From: a virus
Reading direction: 5' to 3' (one strand)
DNA: 64,000 nt
Virus record (IMG/VR): IMGVR_UViG_3300037325_000137
Coordinates: 14,376-78,375 of that record
Positions 1 through 10,400 of the stretch are shown here, piece after piece. The notes under the pieces are model-generated. The model made no database searches. It was not told where the DNA came from and saw only the letters and a program-made list of their open reading frames with translations. A program made the position numbers and the translations under genes. Positions within the stretch are counted from its first letter, which is position 1. Each line of letters opens with the position of its first letter.

Positions 1-175
1 TTTGTTTGTTTGACTTCCACCAGTTAATATCGCCTTTAGCTGATTGACCACTAGCCATGTGATGAAGTATAACAGTTTTCTTTTCTGTTTGTATTTTATA
101 GTATTGATCATCTGGAAAGTTATAATCTATAACTTTATGACCTTTCCATTCCCATTCCCTTTTTATAGTACTCAT
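1..175 (-). CDS. Endolysin, N-acetylmuramoyl-L-alanine amidase-like (5' part, runs off window)
   Basis: Hand translation MSTIKREWEWKGHKVIDYNFPDDQYYKIQTEKKTVILHHMASGQSAKGDINWW; ILHH motif typical of Amidase_2; next to holin-like genes. Confidence 0.7.
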   Translation of the reverse strand, partial: MSTIKREWEWKGHKVIDYNFPDDQYYKIQTEKKTVILHHMASGQSAKGDINWWKSNKQ

Positions 176-179
176 ATTA

Positions 180-893
180 TTAAACTTTAGTTATATAAAC
201 ACTCAATGAGCTATACTCGTAAATACCTTCAAAAGAATGTATTTCATTTGCTTTAATTCTTATAACATCACCTTCGATATATATTTTATTTGTCACTAAG
301 CATTTTATTTTCCCTGAATCAACACGTATGTATTCATCTGCGTTACTATGAAATTGTGGTGTAAAAACACCTCCCATTTTCAGATACGCATTAAAGAAAT
401 GTGTTAAATTAAAAGGGCATGATCTTTTAATAATAGCTTCTTTTCCGTTCTTGCTTACATATAGTCTGTTTATATTAAAAACACTAAAATCATCCCAAGA
501 AACATTTTCAGCTTCGTCCAAAGGTTTTTTTTTGCTAAATGCTAAAATATTTAAAGTTTTTTCTTCTTTTTTTGAAAAAGTTAATTCTTTTTTAATTAGC
601 CTATGTAAACTAAATACATTCTCTTTTTTTTCTTTTGCTAACATGTAAAAAGCATTTGCTGCTCCCATTAAAAATATGATCATAAAAGGAAATCTTTTTG
701 ACATTGATTCTAAATTAGAAGTCTGCTCAATCAAAAAACCTATACCTGCTATTAAAGGAATTATCATGATCCAAAAGTTTTTTTTGTCCATTCCTTTTTT
801 TGCTTTTATTAAAAAAAATACACTTCTTAATAATAATGCCACTACTAAAAAATGTGGTATTAAGTATATCATTTCGTTGTTAATCCAGTCCAT
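180..893 (-). CDS. Membrane protein, 3 N-terminal TM helices plus C-terminal cupin-like domain
   Basis: Hydrophobic N-terminal segments; FHSNADEYIRVDSG...GDVIRIKANEIHSF resembles cupin motifs 1 and 2. Confidence 0.55.
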   Translation of the reverse strand: MDWINNEMIYLIPHFLVVALLLRSVFFLIKAKKGMDKKNFWIMIIPLIAGIGFLIEQTSNLESMSKRFPFMIIFLMGAANAFYMLAKEKKENVFSLHRLIKKELTFSKKEEKTLNILAFSKKKPLDEAENVSWDDFSVFNINRLYVSKNGKEAIIKRSCPFNLTHFFNAYLKMGGVFTPQFHSNADEYIRVDSGKIKCLVTNKIYIEGDVIRIKANEIHSFEGIYEYSSLSVYITKV

Positions 894-1194
894 TTTCCTT
901 TATCTTTTTAGTTAATTTGTTTTTTATAATTTCTGGCAACTTTTCAATAATTAATGTTACCAAGTCAACACTTATTAGACCTCCTAATATTCCAGAAAAA
1001 CCTAACCAATTCTCTTTGTCGTAGTTAATAGCTAATTCATAGCATAAATAACCTATAGCTAGAGAACATGCGTATATTAAAAAGATCTTTCTGTTTTTGA
1101 TTCTTTCTTTTTCGTTTTCATGTAGTATTCTTACTATTGCACCTATACTAGATGTGATTAAAACTATCAAGATTGAATTTATATTTATTTCCAT
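880..1194 (-). CDS. Putative holin
   Basis: 104 aa, 3 hydrophobic segments, basic C-terminus, in lysis region. Confidence 0.55.
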   Translation of the reverse strand: MEININSILIVLITSSIGAIVRILHENEKERIKNRKIFLIYACSLAIGYLCYELAINYDKENWLGFSGILGGLISVDLVTLIIEKLPEIIKNKLTKKIKENGLD

Positions 1195-1398
1195 TTAATT
1201 TTGGTTCTTTCTTTTTTTTAAAAATGACTCTTTTAATTTTATTAAAGATACAGTCATTATAACTCCGCTAATTGTTATGAGTAATAAATCTAATATATTC
1301 AATGCGTGAGCTTCTTTTACTGTTAAATTTACGTTCCATCCCATTATACCAGAACTTATTATAAGTATAACTATGTTTTTTATAATAGATATTATCAT
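1195..1398 (-). CDS. Small 2-TM membrane protein
   Basis: 67 aa, two hydrophobic stretches, basic tail. Confidence 0.5.
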   Translation of the reverse strand: MIISIIKNIVILIISSGIMGWNVNLTVKEAHALNILDLLLITISGVIMTVSLIKLKESFLKKRKNQN

Positions 1399-1404
1399 TT
1401 TAAA

Positions 1405-3810
1405 TTATTGTACTTGTTGTTGATTTGAAAATATATTATTAATTGATTTATCAAAATTAGGGTCAGTGCCACTTTTTCTCTGCTCTATTAACTTAGATTG
1501 GTTTCCTGCTCTTTGATCTTCTCTATCGTCTTTTTTACCTTCTTGGTATGTAAGTTTGTTGGCGATTATTTGAGATTCTAATTCTATTTGCTCTAACTTT
1601 CTAATATGCTGCTCTTGTGCTAAAGCGTTTTCAGTCAAAGATTTTTTTCTAAAATGATTGTCATCTAGTTCGCTTTTTAATCTTGCTAAAGTCATTTCAG
1701 CATCTAACTCAATGGCTCTAGTTTGCTGTTTTGCTTGTTCGCTTTTAACACTAGTTTCAGCTTGCGCTTGTGCTTGTGCTTGTGTAAACCTTATTTGTGA
1801 CTGTTCTTTTTTTATAGAGTTTTCTTCTACAACTATTTCCATATACTTAATAGCGTTTTTAACGTTTCGTATATTTCTAGTTTTAATATATTGAGGTGCT
1901 GTTATTTCTCCTTTACTATAAGAGTCTATTAAAGCTTGCTCAAAATCTAATCTTTGCTTGTCGTCTGGCTCAAAGTCAAAGTATATACCGAATCTACGCA
2001 TAGAGAGGTTTTTGATTTCTTCTAAAACCTCTACATTACCTCTTCCGATAATGCTCATGTACATATCTTTTAATGCAGGAGTAGAAAGTACATCGTAAAG
2101 TCTGTGCGAAATGGCTGTTGCAAACTTTAAAGAGATAGCAAAACTTGCTTTTACAAGATGATTGGTAGCGTTGTTTGAACTAGCTAGTAGTATTTTACGG
2201 ACTGCAACTGCGGTTCTGTCTGATTTAGCTGTGCCATCACGCACTTCATTAATTCCTAATAATTGTCTTAGACGACCTAAATTATTAGATATTTCAACCG
2301 ATAAGAAATTAAGGCTTGTATTGTTAACACCTCCGTTATTTTCTGTAATAGCTCTATTCATAGCGTCACCATCATCGTTTGTTCCTCTCTTTAAAAGAAG
2401 TCCACGACCAAAAAACATATTAAGCAAGTCTTGTGGCGTAACTTTATCAGCTCCTAACATAACATCATTAAGAGCGTCTGCATCTATTTCTACTGTGTTT
2501 GGTCTGAGTTCTCTTTTTAATTGTTGGAACTTAAACCAATCTGTTTGCAAGTCGTCTAATATAGGAATTGCTCTAGCGATCATAGAATCAAACCTTACGT
2601 TTCCTGTTTCTGAGTTTCTTTTTACTTTAGGTGCGTAAATAATGAATGGCGACATAGCATTATTTATACCTTCGTCAACTTGGTTTTCTATAACACTCCA
2701 TTGCACACATTCTTCTGCTTTAGGAACGTATATACCTTCAAACCAAACATTATAAGGAATTTCTAACTTCTTGTTGGGGTTATTAGGTTTGTATTCTGTG
2801 TCTCTACCTTCATCATCTGTCCTATCAATAAGTATTGTAGACTTATTGACTCTTTGCTTTTTATAAGCCCTACTTAAAGATGTTTTATAGGCGTAAGAAA
2901 CCCATTCATATAACCTCTCTTCGTCTTCTTGATTGGTGTATTGCTCGTTAATTCTTGTTTTATGAGTATTGTCTAGCTTCTTAGCTTTCTCTATTATCCT
3001 TTGCTTTTGATCTTCTGGCAAGCCACCGCATTCAGCTTCTAACTCTGCTAAAGTTCCTTCATTCCAAATTCCATGATAACGTATATCTCTACCGTCATCA
3101 TACTCAAAAGTACTGTTAACATAATCATAAGCGTCTACGTATTTAGTGATTATACCTTCGTTTTTAGAAGTAAAATGTCTTCCTACACCAAAACCTAAAT
3201 CAAATAAATCTTCGTTTATTTTATCTTTAACTTTTTCAAAGTCTTGATGTTTTATAACTTCTTCGATAGCCAGCTCTTGTGCCAACTCTATCATAGGCTT
3301 ATACTCTAGTTTTTTTATGCTTAAATCGTCTTGGGTATTAGGGGTGTTTGGATCTGTTAAATCAAGACCTATATTTTTACTTACTTGCGCTGTAATGTCT
3401 TTAGTTAAAAATGCTTTCTCTAGTTTTTTGAAATAGTTTTTCTTTTCATCTACACCTAATTCATCTATTGCTTCTGCTCTAGGTTTAAACAAAGTTTCAT
3501 CTATTGGATTAATAACTAAATCTTTAAAAGTAGACATCACTTTAAGAATCTTATCATACTCAATTTTGTGAGTCTTTACATCTTTTTTATAATTCTTACC
3601 TTCAATTACAAGTCTGTAATCTGTTTTTTGCTCACCTCTAGAATAAGAACGCATTTTTTGAATCCATTCTCTTCTAAAGGATAAAGCTCCGTTGTTTCCC
3701 CATTGGGAATAAATAGCTTCACCAACTTCTTTTCCAAAATCACGGTCTAATTTTTCAGCATTGGACTGATTATCATTTGGGAAATTATTATTTTCAAGTA
3801 GGTTTGCCAT
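1405..3810 (-). CDS. Portal protein
   Basis: 801 aa directly downstream of terminase; RQLLGINEVRDG motif and Q/A-rich coiled-coil C-terminus like crAss-type portals. Confidence 0.8.
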   Translation of the reverse strand: MANLLENNNFPNDNQSNAEKLDRDFGKEVGEAIYSQWGNNGALSFRREWIQKMRSYSRGEQKTDYRLVIEGKNYKKDVKTHKIEYDKILKVMSTFKDLVINPIDETLFKPRAEAIDELGVDEKKNYFKKLEKAFLTKDITAQVSKNIGLDLTDPNTPNTQDDLSIKKLEYKPMIELAQELAIEEVIKHQDFEKVKDKINEDLFDLGFGVGRHFTSKNEGIITKYVDAYDYVNSTFEYDDGRDIRYHGIWNEGTLAELEAECGGLPEDQKQRIIEKAKKLDNTHKTRINEQYTNQEDEERLYEWVSYAYKTSLSRAYKKQRVNKSTILIDRTDDEGRDTEYKPNNPNKKLEIPYNVWFEGIYVPKAEECVQWSVIENQVDEGINNAMSPFIIYAPKVKRNSETGNVRFDSMIARAIPILDDLQTDWFKFQQLKRELRPNTVEIDADALNDVMLGADKVTPQDLLNMFFGRGLLLKRGTNDDGDAMNRAITENNGGVNNTSLNFLSVEISNNLGRLRQLLGINEVRDGTAKSDRTAVAVRKILLASSNNATNHLVKASFAISLKFATAISHRLYDVLSTPALKDMYMSIIGRGNVEVLEEIKNLSMRRFGIYFDFEPDDKQRLDFEQALIDSYSKGEITAPQYIKTRNIRNVKNAIKYMEIVVEENSIKKEQSQIRFTQAQAQAQAETSVKSEQAKQQTRAIELDAEMTLARLKSELDDNHFRKKSLTENALAQEQHIRKLEQIELESQIIANKLTYQEGKKDDREDQRAGNQSKLIEQRKSGTDPNFDKSINNIFSNQQQVQ

Positions 3811-3876
3811 TGTTTATATTCTAATATGTAAAAATAGCAATTGCTATTCTGTATTGTTGTTAATTTAGGTAATCAA

Positions 3877-6216
3877 TTAAGCTTCAAAAAACTTGATAGT
3901 CATTCCTGTGTTTTGACCTATACCAACTACCTTTCTTTGCTTTGCCATATATTGACAACCTAGTAAAGCTAATTGATCTGCTACTGCGAGGTCAAACTTA
4001 GTACGTTTGTTTACATCAAAGCGTATCCATTCTTTAATACGAGTTTTTGAATATACTTTACAATCTTGATCTAAGTTAACACCTATGTTATCAAATATAT
4101 AGTTTTTAAGAAGCATTGCTTGGTCGTTATTACCTTGCTTTGATGAAGGAACACCACCACAATCTTTTTCAAATTGAGATAAGTCTTTCCATTTTTTATC
4201 TGGTCTAGTCATAGAATAACCTCTGTAACCGTTATCATTCATGTAATGAAGTAGTCTAGGTTTGTTATTTTCAATTAACGCAAGCATTCCAAAAAACTCA
4301 CAAGCCATAATTACGCTATCGTAAAAATCTTCTACTTTGTCTGGTCGTTCACAGTATTCTAAAAAGAAAGCTCTGCTAGGCGCACCTGCCATATTCGTTT
4401 TGGTATGACCGCTTATTGTTCCGTTAGATCCGTTTTTATTTACGGTAGTTGATATATCATAACTATCTACTCCTAACGCACCGAGATCATTATTATCTGG
4501 CATTCTCAACTTACGTCCATGAAATTCTCTGATGCTTGATTTATTACTTTGCTCTTGTGTAGGAATCCATGTTGTTTTAAACTTACCTTTTGGATTAGGT
4601 CTCCATCTTACTTTAGATTTAAACTTTTCTCCTTCGTATTCTAAATCTCCTGTATAGACTATTTCTTTTAGGTCATGGTCTAGTATTCCTTCTAAGTGGT
4701 CTAAGTGATTGTTTAAATTTTCTATGTCAAAGTCATTGTTTTTACCACCTTCATTACGAAACATATGTTGCGTATTTCTTGGGCTATCACGTAAAAAACC
4801 GTTTATCGCTTTTTTTTCGCCTATTTCTTTAAGTTGTTCATATGTTGCATTCCAATAGGTTTCAGCACCCATTTCTAACCATTTACCTTCTTGACTTAGA
4901 ATAGGCTCTTCTGGATCGTAAACAACTGAATAACCCCATTCGTCAAAGAAACCATAAGGCTGCGTCATAGATTGGCAATAGTCTATAAAAAAAGATATAA
5001 GACCATTTGCTGTTCTTCCTGTTAATTCGTTTCTTTCTTTTGCATTTGCGTTTTTAAACTCTGCTTCAAACTCTTTACCACCACCTTTAAAATATTCTCC
5101 TGCTGTACTTCCAAACTTTGCTTTACCACCACCTTGCGTATGACATTTAGAGTGCCTAGATATAAATGCTGTTAAAGAACACTCTTCCCATTTACCTATT
5201 TCGTCATTAATAGAAAAAGGTTTTACTTTAGTACTGTCGTAAGCCGTTTCTTTTGTTGGGTAAGGTGTAATGCTTCCGCTTTCTTTTCTGTCGCTCTCGT
5301 GTCTTATTTCAAGAGTAGACTTAGCTTCTACGTTAGGTAATTCAATGAGTGGTTTAAAGTATATGGGGAAATACTCCCATGACTTAACAATTTTACCGCT
5401 AAATAACTTTTCTGCTAAATCTTTACGTTCTGAAACTATAGGTATTTCTGCGTATTTTACAATAGAAAACATATCAAGAGCTAAACTAGCTGCTTCTACT
5501 GACCAACTTGATCTACGACCTTTACCTCTTATTTCTCCCCAACATCTACTATCTGCTACGCAAGCTTCCCAATGCCAATAAGCTTCTGTCTGAACCATTC
5601 TAAAGTCTGGGTACATATCACTTTCCGTAAGGTAGTAATGCTGTAAGAACATCCAATTTGATCCAGTTATGTAGTGAGTTTCTTGATCTATCTTTACAAA
5701 GATCCCATGTTCTCTACGTTCAAACTCGCTATCTACAAATTCTTTATGTTTGTGTAATGAGTTATTTCGTTCTAATATAAACTTATTACGAACCTGTTGA
5801 CGCTTGCTACCAGCTTTTTCCTTTGCCATTCTAGCTTTGTACCTAAACCATATATCGTCAAATTCTTTAAGGTTTGTTTCATCACGTTTCCATTTTGCAT
5901 TTTTACCTTTTTTATTGTTGTTAACTACTGTCTTAATATATTGTTTCTTAATAACTTGACTATCTTCATCTAAATCATTAATAGATCCGCTAATTGATAA
6001 GCTAGGTAGTGCTATTATTAAATCTTCTACTTGATATATTTCTCCTATTGTACCGTCTTTACTAATGCATACAAAGTTTATATCAAATTCTGGGTACTCC
6101 TTGTATTCCCATGACTTTTCTTTATTTTTCTTATCGTATATTTTCTTAGGCACATAATCGTAAGGATTTAATTTTGTACTTATTCTGCCACGATAATTTT
6201 TAGAAACCTCTATCAT
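3877..6216 (-). CDS. terL: Terminase large subunit
   Basis: KGRRSSWS Walker-A variant, INDEIGK Walker B, GVDSYD and FDLAVAD RNase H-type nuclease motifs. Confidence 0.85.
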   Translation of the reverse strand: MIEVSKNYRGRISTKLNPYDYVPKKIYDKKNKEKSWEYKEYPEFDINFVCISKDGTIGEIYQVEDLIIALPSLSISGSINDLDEDSQVIKKQYIKTVVNNNKKGKNAKWKRDETNLKEFDDIWFRYKARMAKEKAGSKRQQVRNKFILERNNSLHKHKEFVDSEFERREHGIFVKIDQETHYITGSNWMFLQHYYLTESDMYPDFRMVQTEAYWHWEACVADSRCWGEIRGKGRRSSWSVEAASLALDMFSIVKYAEIPIVSERKDLAEKLFSGKIVKSWEYFPIYFKPLIELPNVEAKSTLEIRHESDRKESGSITPYPTKETAYDSTKVKPFSINDEIGKWEECSLTAFISRHSKCHTQGGGKAKFGSTAGEYFKGGGKEFEAEFKNANAKERNELTGRTANGLISFFIDYCQSMTQPYGFFDEWGYSVVYDPEEPILSQEGKWLEMGAETYWNATYEQLKEIGEKKAINGFLRDSPRNTQHMFRNEGGKNNDFDIENLNNHLDHLEGILDHDLKEIVYTGDLEYEGEKFKSKVRWRPNPKGKFKTTWIPTQEQSNKSSIREFHGRKLRMPDNNDLGALGVDSYDISTTVNKNGSNGTISGHTKTNMAGAPSRAFFLEYCERPDKVEDFYDSVIMACEFFGMLALIENNKPRLLHYMNDNGYRGYSMTRPDKKWKDLSQFEKDCGGVPSSKQGNNDQAMLLKNYIFDNIGVNLDQDCKVYSKTRIKEWIRFDVNKRTKFDLAVADQLALLGCQYMAKQRKVVGIGQNTGMTIKFFEA

Positions 6217-6497
6217 TATCTTGTTCTTTGAGCTAGGCTGTTATTACTAGAAGTCTCTTCTTTGACTTTAGCATTTGGATTTTTAAGCTTTTCTAGCTCT
6301 TGCTCTTTTTCTTTAAGCTGAGTTAAAAGCATGTCAGCAACATCCTGTGCTTTCCCTTTACCATCAGCTACCGCTTTCCATTTGTCTTCATTTATATTTT
6401 CAAGGTCAATAGATTCTTTTAAAATATCCATCATTTGAGTGTGGGCTATACCTATGGCTTCAATGTTTTCTGTTAATCTATCTTGATATGTTTTCAT
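6216..6497 (-). CDS. Helical protein, candidate terminase small subunit
   Basis: Translationally coupled to terL; size and position only. Confidence 0.4.
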   Translation of the reverse strand: MKTYQDRLTENIEAIGIAHTQMMDILKESIDLENINEDKWKAVADGKGKAQDVADMLLTQLKEKEQELEKLKNPNAKVKEETSSNNSLAQRTR

Positions 6498-7231
6498 ATT
6501 AAATTTGCTTTTAACGCTTCTTCTTTTGTTTTATACTGCCCACAATACTTATATTTATTATCAACTAATATCCTAGAAACGTACATAATTCTTCTTTTAC
6601 AAAAATAAACGCTTTTATATTGTTTAATTCTTATTTTTTTATTAGGTCTATATGTTTTAATATCCGTTCCTTGTTTTATGCTTTCTAAGGCGTTTTGATA
6701 ATATAAATGAGCTTCAATTTCAGATTTAAAATAACCTAATAATATTCTATTTTTTTTAAATAGAATTCTTGAAATCCATTTTTTACAACGTTTATTATAA
6801 GTTACTCCAACATATTTGCTTTTAGAGTATAAATGTTTTCTATCTGAATTTTTTCTTATTGTAACTATTTCTAAATTTTCAAGTCTATTATCTGACCTAT
6901 CAAAATTAATATGGTTAACAACAAGCTTTGTTTCCTTTGGTTTATGATTTAAAAAAGCTATAGCAACTAATTGATGAACTTTTAAATATTTTGCTTTATT
7001 ATTTATTTTCGGATTGACTAATAGGTAGCCTTTACAGTAGGATTGTTTAAGTATTCTTGTTTTAACAAGCCTATTAGATTTGTTTTTTGAATTAACATAC
7101 CTTGACAATGACTTAACCCTACCTAAGTTACTTATTTGGTATCTGTTCTCATAATTAGGAATATCTATCCATTGTTCGTTTTTTAAGTCTTGTAAAGAAG
7201 TGTTTTTATGTAAGTTTGCATTGTTTTTCAT
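6494..7231 (-). CDS. NUMOD4-HNH homing endonuclease with AP2-like C-terminal domains
   Basis: WIDIPNYENRYQISNLGRVKS (NUMOD4); VHQLVAIAF...VNHINFDRSDNRLENLE (HNH_3); SKYVGVTY...W (AP2-like). Confidence 0.9.
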   Translation of the reverse strand: MKNNANLHKNTSLQDLKNEQWIDIPNYENRYQISNLGRVKSLSRYVNSKNKSNRLVKTRILKQSYCKGYLLVNPKINNKAKYLKVHQLVAIAFLNHKPKETKLVVNHINFDRSDNRLENLEIVTIRKNSDRKHLYSKSKYVGVTYNKRCKKWISRILFKKNRILLGYFKSEIEAHLYYQNALESIKQGTDIKTYRPNKKIRIKQYKSVYFCKRRIMYVSRILVDNKYKYCGQYKTKEEALKANLI

Positions 7232-7292
7232 ATAAGTTAGATTTATGTGATTAATGTTTAATACCGATAGTTGTAGCTATCGGTATTTTTAT

Positions 7293-7472
7293 TTACAAAT
7301 ATAGTAATTTTAATACTTGACCGTCTTTTAAGGAAACAGATGTGTTACCGTCATCGTCTGTTGTTGTGTCCATTTCCTTTTTAAGTATATCAATCATTTT
7401 CTCATAACTGCTGTATAAAGCTTCTATATGATTTTTTAGTATTTCTATTTGCTTTTGTTTTAAAGTGTCCAT
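7293..7472 (-). CDS. 59-aa ORF, paralog of the N-terminus of 6216-6497 (not in ORF track)
   Basis: LKNHIEALYSSYEKMIDILKKEMD vs LTENIEAIGIAHTQMMDILKESID. Confidence 0.5.
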   Translation of the reverse strand: MDTLKQKQIEILKNHIEALYSSYEKMIDILKKEMDTTTDDDGNTSVSLKDGQVLKLLYL

Positions 7473-7481
7473 TCTTTATTT

Positions 7482-10400
7482 TTATTTAGGTAGCGAAGGT
7501 AGTTTATTCATTGACGTACTAGGTAGTGGGGGTAGGTTATTACTACTTGACTTTCTAGGGTTCTCTTTGTAAAAGTCATCTTTGTAGTCTTGATCTAAAT
7601 TACGCTCTATTATTTTCTGTAATGTAACTCCTGTTCTTTCTTCTCTAACCTTATCTACTCCAAAAAAAGATGCTCCTGCGTATATTCTAGCCCTTTCCGA
7701 AGCTGTAAATCCACCTCTATTTTCGTCATGCAACTCTTCATTAAATAAAGCTATTGTCATTGCGTGTTTTGGTAAACCTAGACCCATTCCAGTCATTTGT
7801 GTAATTAATAGTTTGGTGTATTTTTCTTTAGTTTCTGGGGTTTTAGAGTTTTGTCTTCTTTCAAAGTAGCTTTCTAACTTTTCTATTTCTTGTAAGGCAA
7901 AAACATTTCCTATTCCTCCAAAAGTAAATTCTTTTCTTAAAATTTCTTTGTCTAAATAATACTTAAAAGCATTTCCGAGTATAGGGTCGTCTAGTAATTG
8001 ACCAGTCAATAACACCCTTGCTATATCTTTTTGCTCTTCTGACATTTTATCTAATTCATCATCATCACCAGACATTAAATATCCTAATGTTTGAACAGCT
8101 CCATAAATAGCTGCTGGTGCTGCTGCTACACCGCTAATTTTAACTACGCCCCATAATGCATAGAATAACGGTTGACTAAATCCGTAATTGACAAAACCTC
8201 TTATGTTTTTACCAACTGTGTTTGATGGCTCTAGGTGTTTGAAATCATTAACGTCATAGCCTAGTTTATCATATATAACACCTATGTTTTCATTATTAGA
8301 AGCCATTTTATTTATATGCCTTTTTAAATCTTTATATCTTAAACTACTTTCTCGCATGTCTAATATTATTGTCGATCCAAAACTTACTAATAGCCTTGCA
8401 AAAGCATCTCTTTGAACAACTGTTTTAGAGCCTTTTGTTTGACCTTGTTGAGTATTGTTAGCTATGTTTTCAAAAACTAACATAGACTCGTCTAAAACTT
8501 GTTGCTCTGTAAAGTTTGGGTTTTCTTTTCTAATTCTTGCTTTTGCAGCTGTATAAACAGGTACAACTCCCATTATCCCCATAGCGTCACCTGCTTTTAT
8601 CGCATACATTCCTGTATCTAAAGCTTGATCATAAACTTCGGTTAATATATCTGTTACCATTTTAGACCTATCTCCCAAAAATTGAAAATCTTTTAATTGT
8701 CTATTTGTGTCTACCGAAGCTAAAACCTTGACCATTTGTTCTGCACTATATCTTATTTTAAGAAATTCTGAATTTTTAAATAAATAAGCTGCTTCTGAAA
8801 TGATGTTTTTATGTGCATCTAACCATTCTTTAGCTGTTAAGTTGTTAGGTAAAGAGCTTTGTCCGTTTAGTGCTGACATCATTTGAATAGGAAGGTTAAA
8901 TAATTTAGCTCCTAACGTGTATTTTGCGAAGCTACCTGTTATCGTATTAACAACTCTTTCTGCTGCTGATCTTTTACCGTCTTCGTATATCTCTGTTTTT
9001 TGAAACTTTTTAAGGTAATCTATCATCATACCACCTTCAAGCCCAATATTTAATAAAGCTAGTTTTTCAAAAGTTTCATCTTTAACTATGTTGTTAAATT
9101 CTTTCTCTACTTCTGCGTAAGCTATAAACCTAGACATTTCATTTATGTATTGATTTGTACTCATATCTACGGGTTGTACTATTATGGCGTGGTCGTGTTC
9201 TTTTTTAGCTTTTGAGCTTCCAGAATGAACAGATCCATTTGAAACAATTCCGCTAAATAAATCTTGTGAAAAATCTTTTGCTGAATTAGGCTTGTCTACA
9301 TTTAATTTACCAGAATAAAATTCATCAAAAGGCATGTCTCTATAAAATATTTTTTTATAAACCTCGTTAACTTGATCGTACTTGCTTTGATAAAACTCCA
9401 TTATTTTGTTTCCGTAGTCCTTTACTTCATCTGATAGTTTGTCATTAATTTCATTTATTGCTTTTTCATCAAAACCTTGTTTAGCCAACCTAATTAAGTT
9501 TTTAGGATCTTTAGCTTTTAAAATAACATCTAGTAAAGTGCTTACTGAAAACTTTGTTACGTCTACAGTTCCGTCTGGGTATGTTCTGTTTATGTTTTCT
9601 TGTGCTGATAAAGCCCAATCTGCTTTTGCTCTTTTAAATTTAGACCTAGATATAAATCCTAAAGACTTTTTAATTACATTAATATCTGAATCTGCAAATG
9701 ATCCAAAAGCTAATTCTTTAATTTCGGTTATCTCTTTATTCCATTCAATTATTATTGAATCTCTAGTATTTTCAGACAAGTCGTATTTTGCTAGAACCTT
9801 GTCAAGACCTAGTAATGCACTTCCTTTATCCCCTGTTCTTTTAAATGCTTCTGATATGCTTCTAAAATTTTGGTAAAAACCTCTTGAATATCCTTTTAAA
9901 AACTGAATCGATATTTTAATTGCTGAACGACTTTTAGAAACATTGTCTTTTATATTAGATAATGGCTTGTCAATTTCTTTAGAGCCTAGTTGTTTTTTAG
10001 AGTCTATTGCATCGTAAGCTTCTTGACGTTGTTGATCTAATATAGCTTTATCTGCTGCTTTTTTTGATTTTAAAATTGAACGACCTTCTGCTTTTAATTC
10101 TAAAATATAATCTAAGGAAGCATTAATAAGCTTGTTAGCATATTTGTTGTTTTTGATTAGGGAATCTAAAAAGTCTTTAGCAACTTGAAGGTTTTTTAGG
10201 TCTTCTGCTTCCTTTTCTGTCAGTTCTATTTTAGCTACTAATTCAGTTTCCCCACTTTCTGAATTAGGAATTTCTCTTTCTGTGTAAAGTATGTCATCAA
10301 TTAGCTCGTCTAATTTATTTACAATGTCTTTTGCGTTTTGTTGTTTTTCAGTTCCTCTTTTCCCTTTTTTAGCTAATCCGTTTTTAGAAAACAATTCTTC

